From Candidatus Marinacidobacterales bacterium (GTDB lineage: Bacteria > Acidobacteriota > Vicinamibacteria > Marinacidobacterales > DATDRI01), in the NCBI GenBank assembly GCA_965219415.1, contig OZ244742.1:352001-416000 (forward strand): 64,000 nucleotides of DNA. Reading direction: 5' to 3'. Made by a program: the position numbers and the translations under genes. The notes under the pieces were generated by a model, which was given only the letters and a program-made list of their open reading frames with translations, did not search any database and was not told the origin of the DNA. Shown in pieces: positions 1 through 10,216 of this stretch; position 1 is the stretch's first letter; the number at the start of each line of letters is the position of its first letter.

Positions 1-1232
1 GACGCTTCACTTTGAACATATTGGGCCAGGAACGGCAATTGGACATCGCCGGATCGGCCACGGTTGGGGCCGGGGGCGAGCTGGACGAGTTTAGCTTTCG
101 CCTAACCACCGCATCCGATCGCTCCCCTTTCGAGACCGAGGTCACAGGAAAAGTAGAGGGGCAGGTACTGGTCCTCAACATCCGGTCCGGCGACAGCACT
201 CGGACCGAGCGCCGGCGTCTCCAAGAGCCGCTTGTGCTTCCCCTCAATCTCCATCGGTCTCTAGCCTCCAAGGGATTGGAGCCCGGTCAGGAGTATCGCC
301 TTCGCTTGCTCGATCCGATGACCCTGACCGAAGGTGAAGCGGAGATCACCGTTCTGGAGAGAGAAATCGTTCGTTGGGGTGGGCACGAAGAGGAAGCTTT
401 CAGGATTCGTTCTCGGTTCGCGGGCCTCAGTACCACCGCATGGATCAACGCCGAAGGCGAGATACTGAAAGAGGAAACGCCTCTCGGTTGGACCCTGACG
501 AAGGAAGCACCGGGAAGTGGTCTCCAGGCGAAAAACGACGGCCCGGGGCCCGATATGTTGGCTGCCACTGCCGTTCCCGCCATCGGTTTTGCGGGAGATC
601 CGAGCTCGTTGAAGGCTGTACGGCTCCGACTGGAGAAGTTTCCGTTCCCGTGGAGCGGGCTGGACGGGGGCCGCCAAACGCTCTCCGAAACCGAGGTGGT
701 CATCGAAATCGAAAAGCCTCCCTTCTCGGGCGCCGCCACTCTGCCGGATGAAGAACGCCGACAGGCCCTAGCCGCCGACAGTTTCATTCAGTCCGACGAT
801 CCCGACATCCAGGCGCAAGCCGCTCGACTCACCACAGATCTCTCTCCCACCGAAGCGGCTCGTGTCATCACGAGCTGGGTATACGAGAATGTGCGCAAGA
901 CCCCCACCCTGTCAGTCCCCAGCGCGCGCGAGGTCCTCGAACAAATGGCCGGAGACTGTAACGAGCACACCGTGCTGTTCACCGCTTTCGCACGAGCATC
1001 GGACATACCGACTAGGATGTGCACCGGCCTCGCCTTCAGTGCGGGTCAGTTTTACTACCATGCTTGGCCGGAAGTCTGGGTCGGGAAGTGGCTGGCTGTC
1101 GATCCAACATTCGGGCAATTCCCCGCCGATCCTCTTCACTTGCGACTCCTTACCGGCGGCCTCGAGCAACAGTTCGAGGTTCTCAAGCTGCTCGGCCGCG
1201 GGGCGAGCGTCGAGATCGTCGAAACGGAATGA
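1..1232 (+). CDS. Transglutaminase-like domain protein (probably 5'-truncated by window edge)
   Basis: Cys-His-Asp triad motifs GDCNEH..., YYHAWPEVW, WLAVDPT; stop overlaps ATG of the next gene. Confidence 0.85.
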   Translation, partial: RFTLNILGQERQLDIAGSATVGAGGELDEFSFRLTTASDRSPFETEVTGKVEGQVLVLNIRSGDSTRTERRRLQEPLVLPLNLHRSLASKGLEPGQEYRLRLLDPMTLTEGEAEITVLEREIVRWGGHEEEAFRIRSRFAGLSTTAWINAEGEILKEETPLGWTLTKEAPGSGLQAKNDGPGPDMLAATAVPAIGFAGDPSSLKAVRLRLEKFPFPWSGLDGGRQTLSETEVVIEIEKPPFSGAATLPDEERRQALAADSFIQSDDPDIQAQAARLTTDLSPTEAARVITSWVYENVRKTPTLSVPSAREVLEQMAGDCNEHTVLFTAFARASDIPTRMCTGLAFSAGQFYYHAWPEVWVGKWLAVDPTFGQFPADPLHLRLLTGGLEQQFEVLKLLGRGASVEIVETE

Positions 1233-1985
1233 TTCAACTCCAAGGGCTGACCAAGAAGTACGGCCAGCAACGTCGCGGTCGATCAACTCAATCTTGATGT
1301 TAAGCCGGGTGAACTCTTCGGTTTCTTGGGCCCGAACGGTGCCGGTAAGACAACGACCATCAAGATGATGGCTGGGCTCTTAAGTCCCACGTCGGGCCGC
1401 ATTGTCCTCGCCGATCACGACCTGGCTCTCGAACCGGAGACGGCCAAGGCGGCCCTGGGTTTCATACCCGATCGTCCATTTCTGTACGAGAAACTCTCTG
1501 CCACCGAATTCCTGCAATTTGTCGCCGGTATCTATGGCATCAACGGGCAGGACGCCGGGCGCCGTATCGACGAGCTTCTGGAGTTGGTCGAGCTACGCGA
1601 GTTCCGTGGAAACCTGATCGAGAGTTTCTCGCATGGAATGAAGCAGCGACTGGTCATGGCTGCGTCCTTTATTCACGACCCGAAGGTTCTGGTAGTCGAC
1701 GAGCCCATGGTGGGGTTGGACCCCAAGGGAGCCCGCCTAATCAAGGACATCTTTCGCGCGCGGTGCCAGAGCGGCGCGACCATCTTCATGTCGACTCACA
1801 CCCTCGAAGTCGCGCAGACCATGTGCGACCGCATCGCCATCATTCTCAAGGGAAAGCTGATCGCTCTCGGATCCATGGATGAGCTTCAGCGCCAAGCGCA
1901 AAGTGAGATTCCAGAGCTCGATCCCATTTTCTTGAAGCTCACCGGGGGGGAAGACTTCCTCGAGGGGGAAGGAACAGGGAGTTGA
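1229..1985 (+). CDS. ABC transporter ATP-binding protein (apparent frameshift near 1265-1275)
   Basis: MIQLQGLTKKYG start at 1229, then Walker A GPNGAGKTT, signature FSHGMKQ, Walker B VLVVDEP, STH switch in another frame. Confidence 0.9.
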
Positions 1986-3710
1986 CGCTGGCGACGCCGG
2001 AGTTCACTCCTCGCCAAATCCTTCACCTCCTCACTCCCTACGTCCTCGCCGTTCGAAACCGGCGGCGACTGGCAGCCAGGAGCGACGCTCTCCGCTTTGC
2101 ACTCTTCGGCGGAATTACCGTTTTGTTTTCCCTGGGTATTTTCGCCGGTTTCTACCGCATGCTCTTGTACATCGGGCGATTCTCCGAGTTCACTGCCCCG
2201 CTCACCCATCAAGTTTTGGCAACGGTGTCGGTGTTCTTGTTCACGGTCCTCTTCGCCAGCAACGTCGTAACTGCACACTCCACCCAATACGTCTCCGCGG
2301 ACCTGTCGCTGTTGGTCAGCAGCCCCGGTGTCACTGCCGGCACTCTACGGATCCAGACTGGTCCTGACACTGGTTCAGTCTTCTTGGATGGTGCTCATCT
2401 TCAGCTTTCCCGTCTACGTAGCTTTCGCCCTGACATCTCCTACACCGCTTTGGTTTCTCCTCGCGGTGTTGCCGGTTTTGTTCCCCCTACTTGCGATTCC
2501 CGCTGCGCTAGGCACGATGATTACCTCGATGCTCATGCGCGTCTTTCCAGCCCGGAGGGTCCGAGAGTTGCTCATGCTGATCGGAGCTCTTTTCGTGGCC
2601 CTACTGGTGTTCTTGATACGGACTCAGCAACCGGAAAAATTGTTGAAACCGAGCTCTATCTACGACATCAGTGAGTTCTTTTCCGCCTTTCGTGCACCGG
2701 CCTCTCCACTCCTGCCCAGCACTTGGGCGACCGAGATCTTGGCAAGTGCCCGGCAGGGAGATCCCCTCCCGTGGTTCATCTTGTTCCTCCTGTGGTCCAC
2801 AGCAGCAGCGATGGTCATTCTGGGATGTTGGCAGGCACGGGCACTCTACCGACAGGGATACTCTCGCGCCCTGGAAGCGATGCTGGCCCGCTTCACAGCC
2901 GCACCCCTGCTCGATCGCGTACTCGAGCTCGCCACCCGTCCTCTCGAGCTTCAATTTCGCTCCCTACTCTTGAAGGACCTGAAGAGCTTCTTGCGTGATC
3001 CAACTCAGTGGTCACAGCTCTTCCTCCTCTTAGCCCTGGTGGTGGTCTACCTTTACAATTTCAGCGTCCTTCCATCGAATTTCACTTTTGCGACCTTCTT
3101 CCTACAAAACTTGTTCTCGTTCTTGAACCTTGGGTTAGCCGGCTTCGTCCTTTCCGCGGTGGCAGTTCGCTTCGTGTTTACCGCGGTTTCCATCGAGGGC
3201 CAGGCGTTTTGGATCATTCGTAGCTCACCCCTGTCGCTTCGCCGCTTTCTCTGGAGCAAGTTCTGGATCGCACTGCCTCCGCTGCTCGTGCTGTCTCAAA
3301 TCCTGACGTTGGCTTCGAACCAATTTCTCGGCGCGTGGCGATTCATGACGATCCTCGCATCGGTGACTATTTCGTTCGTCTGCTTCGGCATCGTCGGCAT
3401 GGGCGTGGGTATGGGGGCCATGTTTCCACGCTTCCGCTTCGAGAACATCACTCAAATCGCCGGGAGCAGCGGCGGTCTTCTCTACATGATGGCAACGACT
3501 TCCTTCATTGCCCTGGTCCTCTTCTTGGAAGCGCTGCCCGTCTACTTCTATCTGTCCGCCCAGTACCGGGGAGAGCCGCTCGACGTACCGTTGTTGGTCG
3601 CCCTCCTCGCGGTCGGTGCAGTTGGGCTTCTCAACCTGATGGCGGTGGTGCTCCCCATTCGCTGGGGAGAGCGGCGGCGCTGGAGCTTTGACTCGTGGGG
3701 GGCGCTCTAG
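1982..3710 (+). CDS. Putative ABC transporter permease (apparent frameshift near 2325)
   Basis: Two overlapping hydrophobic ORFs (1982-2674, 2328-3710) join at DLSLLVSSP/VSLPALY; LLKDLKSFLRDP and EGQAFWIIRSSP motifs; follows the ABC ATPase. Confidence 0.8.
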
Positions 3711-3997
3711 TGCCCTGTATCAGTAACGAAGTCTCTCAGTAGTAATGCCGACCGTGCTCGACATGGCACGGCACGTAGTAGCCACGAACCCCGATGTCGA
3801 TGGTAGTACTCGCGATGGCTCTGGTGGGGTCGAAAGTGATGTGCTCCGCGATAATAGCGACAGGCAACGTAATGACCACAGAGAAGCCAGTGATCGTGAT
3901 GGAAGTCTCTCGGTGGTTCGTAATACCCGTAATGGTGATGGGAGCACGCGGCCGCAAGCAAGCTGATCAAGAAGCCTAACGCCAGGAAGAGTCTCAT
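3707..3997 (-). CDS. Small His/Tyr-rich putative lipoprotein (true stop may be 3736 if there is an indel near 3782)
   Basis: GGAGG upstream, signal peptide with lipobox-like LAAAC, mature part HHHYGYY...HHDH...; adjacent frame continues YYVPCHVEHGRHYY*. Confidence 0.6.
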   Translation of the reverse strand: MRLFLALGFLISLLAAACSHHHYGYYEPPRDFHHDHWLLCGHYVACRYYRGAHHFRPHQSHREYYHRHRGSWLLRAVPCRARSALLLRDFVTDTGH

Positions 3998-4128
3998 GCT
4001 GGACCTCCGGCGGGGACTCTACGCTTCTATGAGCAAACCTCATACCATTGCGGGCTCGCTCGTAACCCATTATTGAACAGTCAGATAAGGGTTGGCATTC
4101 GGCAGAGATTGTCCCCCGAGAGTGACAC

Positions 4129-5010
4129 TTACGACCGGCGGGCGCGGGGATGATACTGATCGTAGACTCGGCGCAGGCGTTCGCGGCTGACGTGCGTGTA
4201 GATCTGCGTCGTCCCAATGTCCGAATGTCCTAGCATAAGCTGGAGGGAGCGCAAGTCGGCGCCCCTTTCGAGAAGATGCGTGGCGAAGGAGTGACGGACC
4301 ACGTGGGGTGAAAGCCTCCGCCGAATCCCGCACTTTTTTCCGCAGCCTTGAAGGATTTGCCAAAAACGCTGCCGGGTCATGCGGGTCCCCAATCGATTGG
4401 GAAAGACCCACGGCCCGGTCTTGGCGGAGAGCTCGGAGCGACCTCGACTCAGGTACCGACGGAGCCACTTTGCCGCGGAACGCCCCAGCGGAACGATCCG
4501 TTCTTTTCTCCCTTTGCCCTTGCAACGGAGATATCCGGCATCGATATAGAGGTCGTCGAGGCGTAGCGAGACCAACTCCGAAACTCGAAGCCCAGTGGCG
4601 TAAAGCGTCTCCAACATCGTGCGGTCGCGAAGCCCCGACGGAGTTTTAGTATCCGGCGCGGCCAGAATCTGGTCTACCTCCTCGAGTGAGAGATACCGCG
4701 GGAGACTGCGTGGCACTCGGGGCGATTCGACCTGTTCCGTCGGGTCCACCGCAGCGATGCGCTCGGCCGCTGCGAAACGATAGAGCCCTTTGGCGGCCGA
4801 TAGGGCCCGCGCGATAGAGCGGTGGGAAAGACCTTGGCGGTGAAGTTGACGAAGGAAACTGCGAATATCGGAAGCGGTCAGCTGGTCGAGTTTTTTTCCG
4901 TTGTCTCGGGCAAACACCTCGAGCTTTGCCAAATCCCGCCGGTAGGCAGAGATGGTGTTTTCCGACAGACCTCTCTCTACCTCGAGGTATTCAAGAAAGG
5001 ATTTCTTCAA
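4129..5010 (-). CDS. xerD: Site-specific tyrosine recombinase XerD
   Basis: ERGLSENTISAYRRDL N-terminus; catalytic R (GLRVSE), K (GKGRKER), HxxR (HVVRHSFATH), LGH, Y (TQIYTHV). Confidence 0.92.
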   Translation of the reverse strand: MKKSFLEYLEVERGLSENTISAYRRDLAKLEVFARDNGKKLDQLTASDIRSFLRQLHRQGLSHRSIARALSAAKGLYRFAAAERIAAVDPTEQVESPRVPRSLPRYLSLEEVDQILAAPDTKTPSGLRDRTMLETLYATGLRVSELVSLRLDDLYIDAGYLRCKGKGRKERIVPLGRSAAKWLRRYLSRGRSELSAKTGPWVFPNRLGTRMTRQRFWQILQGCGKKCGIRRRLSPHVVRHSFATHLLERGADLRSLQLMLGHSDIGTTQIYTHVSRERLRRVYDQYHPRARRS

Positions 5011-5804
5011 AAGCGAGCCGCTACTCCGAAATACGCGCCCGCCAAGCGAAAAATCTCCCGCCTTCCGGGCCGATCTATGCGCGCATATCTGTTCTCGTAT
5101 CCTATGGAGACCGCGAAATATTGATTGAAGTTGAAAAAGAACGTAGCGTCCAAGTTGGTCAGGACCCCGGTCCCCCCTTTCTTCATTCCGCTAGCCTCGA
5201 CAACGATGGCCGCGGCCGGTGTAAGGTAGACCTTAACCTTGAGCCCGAGCGTCAGAAGCGCCACCTCCCGCCTTCCGAGAGCCGCAGCGCCACCGTTCGA
5301 GCCCCTTATCGCCGTGTCGGCACGAAAGCGCGTGTAGTCGCCGACCACCGAAAAGATGAATTCGCGGGTGGCGTAAAGATCTCCCTCCGCCCCGATCGTC
5401 GTGTACTCGATAGTGAGTGCGGAATCCATATCCGTCAGAGCTGGAAAAGTCACGCCCCCAATGGTTAGCTTGCGGCGAATCGTTGCGCTTCCAGCGTAGT
5501 CTCGTTTCAAGTAGGAGCCCCTCGCCTTCAGAAAACGCATGATCCGCACTGTGCCCATGGAGAGGTTGATCCGCTCGTCTGGCACGTTCAAATCATCACC
5601 CAATGAGATATTTGTCGAGCCAGGACCGATCTCGAGCTCGGTGGTATGTTTGGCGTTCCAATTACGATACTGGAACTCGACTCGGAAGAATTCGCCGTAG
5701 CCGGTACCAGCAGACCGACCGGGAGCGCGCCGCTGTTGAGCGTTCACATAGCCGACCGACAACAAAACGAAAACAAGTAGAAGCCCCGTTCGGCCCAATC
5801 TCAT
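5007..5804 (-). CDS. Exported hypothetical protein, likely outer-membrane beta-barrel
   Basis: Signal peptide, amphipathic strands, C-terminal GAYFGVAARF ending in Phe; coupled to murJ and xerD. Confidence 0.6.
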   Translation of the reverse strand: MRLGRTGLLLVFVLLSVGYVNAQQRRAPGRSAGTGYGEFFRVEFQYRNWNAKHTTELEIGPGSTNISLGDDLNVPDERINLSMGTVRIMRFLKARGSYLKRDYAGSATIRRKLTIGGVTFPALTDMDSALTIEYTTIGAEGDLYATREFIFSVVGDYTRFRADTAIRGSNGGAAALGRREVALLTLGLKVKVYLTPAAAIVVEASGMKKGGTGVLTNLDATFFFNFNQYFAVSIGYENRYARIDRPGRREIFRLAGAYFGVAARF

Positions 5805-7540
5805 GACACCTCCATATCGCGCCCTCGGCCGTTGAGGGCTCGTAGCGCTTGATTCATTTCACGGACACGCAGAACCTTGCACACCCCATAGAGCACGACC
5901 AACGCGAAGCCTATCGAAGCGCCCACTTGTGCAAGGCGGGGCAAGAGTGTGTCGTGACCGAGCCAGCTATCGAAGAACTCGCTGGTACCCGCGGCCACCG
6001 CTCCCATGACCGCCGACGCGATGATCATCTTCCACATCATCGTCAAGGCCGCCCCTCCCCCTAGCCCGGCCAATCCACTTCGGCGGCGCAATAGAACCCA
6101 CAGCCAGCCTAGAGATAGAGTCATCGTACACGAAGTCGAGAGAGCCAAGCCGCGATGGTCCATAGCCAAGACGGCGATGAAGAACCAGTTTAGCCCGGCG
6201 TTGGCGATCATGCTCAAGATACTGACTACCAACGGCGCCCGAATGTCCTGAAGCGCGTAGAACCCGTCGGTCACGATTTTGACCGCCGCGTAGCTGGTCA
6301 GCCCCAGCGCGTAGAAAACGAGTGCCGCTGCCACCTGTTGGGTATCGTTTGCCTCGAACCGCCCTCGTTCATAGATGAGGCGTACGATGGGCTCGGCCAG
6401 GACGATCAGCCCGACCGACGCCGGAATCATGAACAGCAACACCAGCCGCATGGCGTGGGAGAAATTCTCCCGAAACACCGTTTTGTCGTTGTGCGCCACC
6501 GCTCTGCTCAGAGCGGGCAATGTCGCGACCGATACCGACACGCCGACCAATCCAATCGGTAGATGCAAGAGGCGGAACGATTGACTGATCCAAGACAACC
6601 AGCCAGAGCCCAAAGAGGCGAAGATCGAGTTGATGAAGACGTTCACCTGTACGGTTGCGGCGACCAATGCCCCGGGACCGAACAAGCGAATGACTTTCTG
6701 GAAACTCGCATCTCGAAAGTTGAGCGTCGTGCGATAGCGATAGCCCTGTTTCCACAGCGCCGGCACCTGCCACAATAGCTGGAACACGCCACCAGCAAGT
6801 ACTCCCACCGCCATCCCCACCGTGGGATGCTGCCCCAAACGCGGTGCAACAAAGTAACCGACCACGCCCACCACAATCGATCCCAGGTTGAAGAACATGG
6901 AAGCCATGGCCGGTACGATGAACTTCCCACGAGCGTTCAAGAACCCCATGGCCACCGCCGCCACGCTGACCAGAAGCAGAAAGGGAAACATGATCTGCGT
7001 CAAGAAGACGGTCAGCTCGCGCTTGCTCTCGAAGCCGAAGCCTTCATCTGCGGGAAGAGGCAGATTGAAGCCGTTGCCGGGCAGCATAGCGTTCACGATC
7101 TCTTCGGAGAAATAGATCCCCAGCAATGTCGCGATGCCAACCACGACGAGCAAAGCGTTCAGCACCAAATTAGCGAGGCGAACACCTGCTTCCTCACCCT
7201 CTTTCTCGCCGACCTCGCTGAAAGTAGTCACGAACGCCTTGCTGAGAGCTCCTTCGCCAAACATGTCCCGCAGCAAGTTCGGGATGCGGAAGGCCGCATA
7301 AAAGGCATCTAGGCCGGCGCCGGTACGGAAAAAGTAGGCAAGCACCATTTCGCGGACGAGGCCAAGCACACGCGAACCCATCACGCCGATGCCGACCGTC
7401 CCCGCGGAGCGCGTCAGCTTCTCGGTGGAGTCACCCGATCCGCCGCCTACCGAGTTTAGGGGGCTAGATTCTGTCGAGGAAGGAGAATGATGGCTTGATT
7501 TCGCGTGGATTTGCCTCTTAGTTGGAGAAGAGGACATCAA
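5801..7540 (-). CDS. murJ: Lipid II flippase MurJ (MviN)
   Basis: SRVLGLVRE, DAFYAAFRIPNLLRDMFGEGALS, ERGRF, FYALQD motifs. Confidence 0.95.
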   Translation of the reverse strand: MMSSSPTKRQIHAKSSHHSPSSTESSPLNSVGGGSGDSTEKLTRSAGTVGIGVMGSRVLGLVREMVLAYFFRTGAGLDAFYAAFRIPNLLRDMFGEGALSKAFVTTFSEVGEKEGEEAGVRLANLVLNALLVVVGIATLLGIYFSEEIVNAMLPGNGFNLPLPADEGFGFESKRELTVFLTQIMFPFLLLVSVAAVAMGFLNARGKFIVPAMASMFFNLGSIVVGVVGYFVAPRLGQHPTVGMAVGVLAGGVFQLLWQVPALWKQGYRYRTTLNFRDASFQKVIRLFGPGALVAATVQVNVFINSIFASLGSGWLSWISQSFRLLHLPIGLVGVSVSVATLPALSRAVAHNDKTVFRENFSHAMRLVLLFMIPASVGLIVLAEPIVRLIYERGRFEANDTQQVAAALVFYALGLTSYAAVKIVTDGFYALQDIRAPLVVSILSMIANAGLNWFFIAVLAMDHRGLALSTSCTMTLSLGWLWVLLRRRSGLAGLGGGAALTMMWKMIIASAVMGAVAAGTSEFFDSWLGHDTLLPRLAQVGASIGFALVVLYGVCKVLRVREMNQALRALNGRGRDMEVS

Positions 7541-7548
7541 GTTTCGTC

Positions 7549-7577
7549 ATTATAATGATCGCCAGTGGGACAAGCAA
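7549..7577 (-). promoter_or_regulatory. Putative sigma70 promoter of murJ operon (TTGCTT-N17-TATAAT); the -10 lies in palindrome TCATTATAATGA (7547-7558)
   Basis: Read directly from the sequence; lies ~9 nt before the murJ ORF start. Confidence 0.55.
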
Positions 7578-7689
7578 GAACCGTCCGAGACCGGTGAACC
7601 GCCATAAACACTCATATGGAACAGTTTATTTCCGTGGTATCTTAGTCATCGAAAGGTCCGTTCCGATTCGTTCCTTCTGAGTAAGCCCG

Positions 7690-10107
7690 ATGCCGTGGCT
7701 CTTCGTCGCCTTCGCGCTCGTCCTGGCCATCAATTTGGCTTATCGCGGCCACGGATATTGGGCGTGGGTCCTGGGCGGCCTGATGCTCGTTCCCGCCGGC
7801 TGGTCAGCCGGGTTCACACCCGACATGTGGACGATCCTCGCGGTGTTGTTTGGCCTGTTGGCGACAATCTTCGGGATCCCGGCCATCCGCCGGCAAATCG
7901 TCACCCGTCCTCTGATGCCGGCCTTTGCGTCGGCCCTTCCGCGAATGGGAGAAACCGAGCGCGTGGCTCTCGACGCCGGCACCGTCTGGTGGGACGGCGA
8001 CCTCTTCTCCGGTAATCCCGACTGGCAGAAACTTCTCGACTTCCAGATACCGGGCCTCTCGGAACGAGAGCGAGCATTCCTCGAAGGACCGGTCGAAGAG
8101 CTCTGTGGGATGTTGAACGAATGGGAGATCACTCAAGCTCGCCGGCTACCTCCCGAAGCGTGGGAATTGATGAAGAAGCATCGCTTCTTGGGGATGATCA
8201 TTCCCGAAGAGTATGGCGGCCTGGGCTTTTCTGCGCGAGCCCATTCCGCAGTGCTGATCAAGGTCGCGAGCCGAAGTATTGCCGCGGCGGTCACGGTGAT
8301 GGTACCCAATTCTTTGGGACCGGCCGAGCTTCTCCTCCACTACGGCACCGACGAGCAGAAGCGATATTATTTGCCCCGGCTCGCGAGTGGTGAAGAAATT
8401 CCCTGCTTCGCGTTGACCGGTCCAGAAGCGGGAAGCGACGCCGCCGCGACTCAGAGCATCGGGGTCGTTTGTCGAGGCCAATTCGAAGGTAAAGAAGTAC
8501 TGGGCATGCGGCTCGACTGGAAAAAACGCTACATAACCCTGGGGCCGATAGCGACGGTCATCGGTTTGGCTTTTCGGCTCAAGGATCCGGATGGCCTCTT
8601 GGGTGACTCCGAAGACCTGGGCATTACCTGCGCTCTCATACCGGCGAGGTTGCCCGGTGTCAAGATCGGCGATCGACATGACCCTATGGGCGTCGCCTTC
8701 CAAAACGGTCCGAACTATGGTCACGACGTATTCGTGCCCCTCGATTTCATCATCGGAGGGGAGAAGATGGCGGGCAAGGGCTGGCGCATGCTCATGGAAA
8801 GTCTGGCAGTGGGCAGGGGCATCTCTCTACCTTCCCTCTCCGTCGGCGCGGCAGAGCTCTCCACTCGGTTGGTGGGAGCTTACGCTACCGTGCGCGAGCA
8901 GTTCGATACCCCGATCGGTCGCTTCGAGGGAATAGAGGAACCCTTGGCGCGAATAGGCGGGCTCACCTATCTCATGAACGCGGCTCGCAAGTTGACCCTC
9001 GGCGCCATCGATCACGGGGAAAAACCGTCGGTCATTTCGGCCATCGTCAAAGCCTATTTCACCGAAAGCATGCGGACCGTGGTAAACGACGCCATGGACA
9101 TCCGGGCCGGTGCCGCCATCAGCCGAGGTCCTCGAAACACGCTCGAACCGATCTTCAAGTCCGTCCCCATCGCCATCACCGTGGAGGGGGCCAATATCTT
9201 GACTCGGTCGATGATCATCTACGGGCAGGGCGCCATCCGATGCCATCCGTACGTTCAAGAAGAAATGCAAGCTATCGCAGCGGGCGATCTCACCAGTTTC
9301 GACCGTGCCTTCTTCAAACACATGGCGTTTGCCACCAAGAACTCCACCCGCTCCTTCCTCCTCGGCCTCACTGGCGGGAGGCTCGCCGGTACCCCGGGAA
9401 GAGGCAAGATCAAAACTTATTTTCAACGCCTCAGCCGCATGAGTAGTGCCTTCGCCATCGTCTCCGGTGTGGCGATGGCGACGCTGGGTGGCCGCCTCAA
9501 GCGCAAGGAGAAAATCAGCGCGCGGCTCGCAGATGCTCTCGCTTGGATGTTTCTCGCTTCCGCCTCCCTTAAACAATTCTTCGACGACGGCCAACCCAAG
9601 CGAGATCTCCCGTTCGTGTCGTGGTCCTGCGAGCATGCCTTGTTTCAGATTCAATTCGCCCTACTCGGAATCATGGATAATCTCCCGAGCCGGCCCGCTT
9701 CTTGGTTGCTCCGCATCCTCGTCTTCCCGCTGGGTGCCCGGCTGCGACCCCCGAGCGATCGACTCGGTGGCGCGGTGGCTCGGGGTCTTCTAGAGGACCG
9801 CGACGCGCGGATTCAACTGACGAAGGATATCTTCATCCCCGGACCGGACGAGCCCGGTCTTGGGAAACTGGAGGCGGCGCTGGATAAGGCCGTAGCCGCA
9901 TCGGCCGTGGAGACGAAGATTCGCGATGCCGTCCGCTCCGGACTCCTCGACCGCGCCCCCGGCGACCAGCTCCTGAATCTCGCGGTAAACGCCGGAATCA
10001 TCAACGAGGAAGAGCGCCAAAAAGTGCTCGCTGCGGATGAAGCTCGTGCCGAGGTCATTCAAGTGGATTCCTTCGATCCGGAAACCTTCCTGAACCTCAA
10101 CGTCTGA
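7690..10107 (+). CDS. fadE: Acyl-CoA dehydrogenase, FadE type
   Basis: VMVPNSLGPAELL, CFALTGPEAGSDA, GRGISLP, IAITVEGANILTR, YGQGAIRCHP; 805 aa with N-terminal TM helices. Confidence 0.93.
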   Translation: MPWLFVAFALVLAINLAYRGHGYWAWVLGGLMLVPAGWSAGFTPDMWTILAVLFGLLATIFGIPAIRRQIVTRPLMPAFASALPRMGETERVALDAGTVWWDGDLFSGNPDWQKLLDFQIPGLSERERAFLEGPVEELCGMLNEWEITQARRLPPEAWELMKKHRFLGMIIPEEYGGLGFSARAHSAVLIKVASRSIAAAVTVMVPNSLGPAELLLHYGTDEQKRYYLPRLASGEEIPCFALTGPEAGSDAAATQSIGVVCRGQFEGKEVLGMRLDWKKRYITLGPIATVIGLAFRLKDPDGLLGDSEDLGITCALIPARLPGVKIGDRHDPMGVAFQNGPNYGHDVFVPLDFIIGGEKMAGKGWRMLMESLAVGRGISLPSLSVGAAELSTRLVGAYATVREQFDTPIGRFEGIEEPLARIGGLTYLMNAARKLTLGAIDHGEKPSVISAIVKAYFTESMRTVVNDAMDIRAGAAISRGPRNTLEPIFKSVPIAITVEGANILTRSMIIYGQGAIRCHPYVQEEMQAIAAGDLTSFDRAFFKHMAFATKNSTRSFLLGLTGGRLAGTPGRGKIKTYFQRLSRMSSAFAIVSGVAMATLGGRLKRKEKISARLADALAWMFLASASLKQFFDDGQPKRDLPFVSWSCEHALFQIQFALLGIMDNLPSRPASWLLRILVFPLGARLRPPSDRLGGAVARGLLEDRDARIQLTKDIFIPGPDEPGLGKLEAALDKAVAASAVETKIRDAVRSGLLDRAPGDQLLNLAVNAGIINEEERQKVLAADEARAEVIQVDSFDPETFLNLNV

Positions 10108-10141
10108 ACTGACGACTGGCGCCTCCCTCTGCTGGGCGTCA

Positions 10142-10198
10142 AGACAGGTGAGCTTCCAGAATCCACGTGGCCAGACGCCCCTGTGAATCCTGTCTAAA
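10142..10198. repeat. Short intergenic element, family A copy 1 (AGACAGG...GTGGCCAGACGCCCCTGT..TCCTGTCT)
   Basis: 10167-10198 is a near-perfect reverse complement of 17806-17836 and shares GGCCAGACGCCCCTGT with ~53797-53812. Confidence 0.85.
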
Positions 10199-10216
10199 CA
10201 GCGAGACGAACTGCCC

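Noticed and set aside
4129-5010. Tyrosine recombinase as prophage/island integrase or invertase for the Mrp block
   Set aside because: Typical chromosomal XerD coupled to murJ; no att sites, tRNA or phage genes
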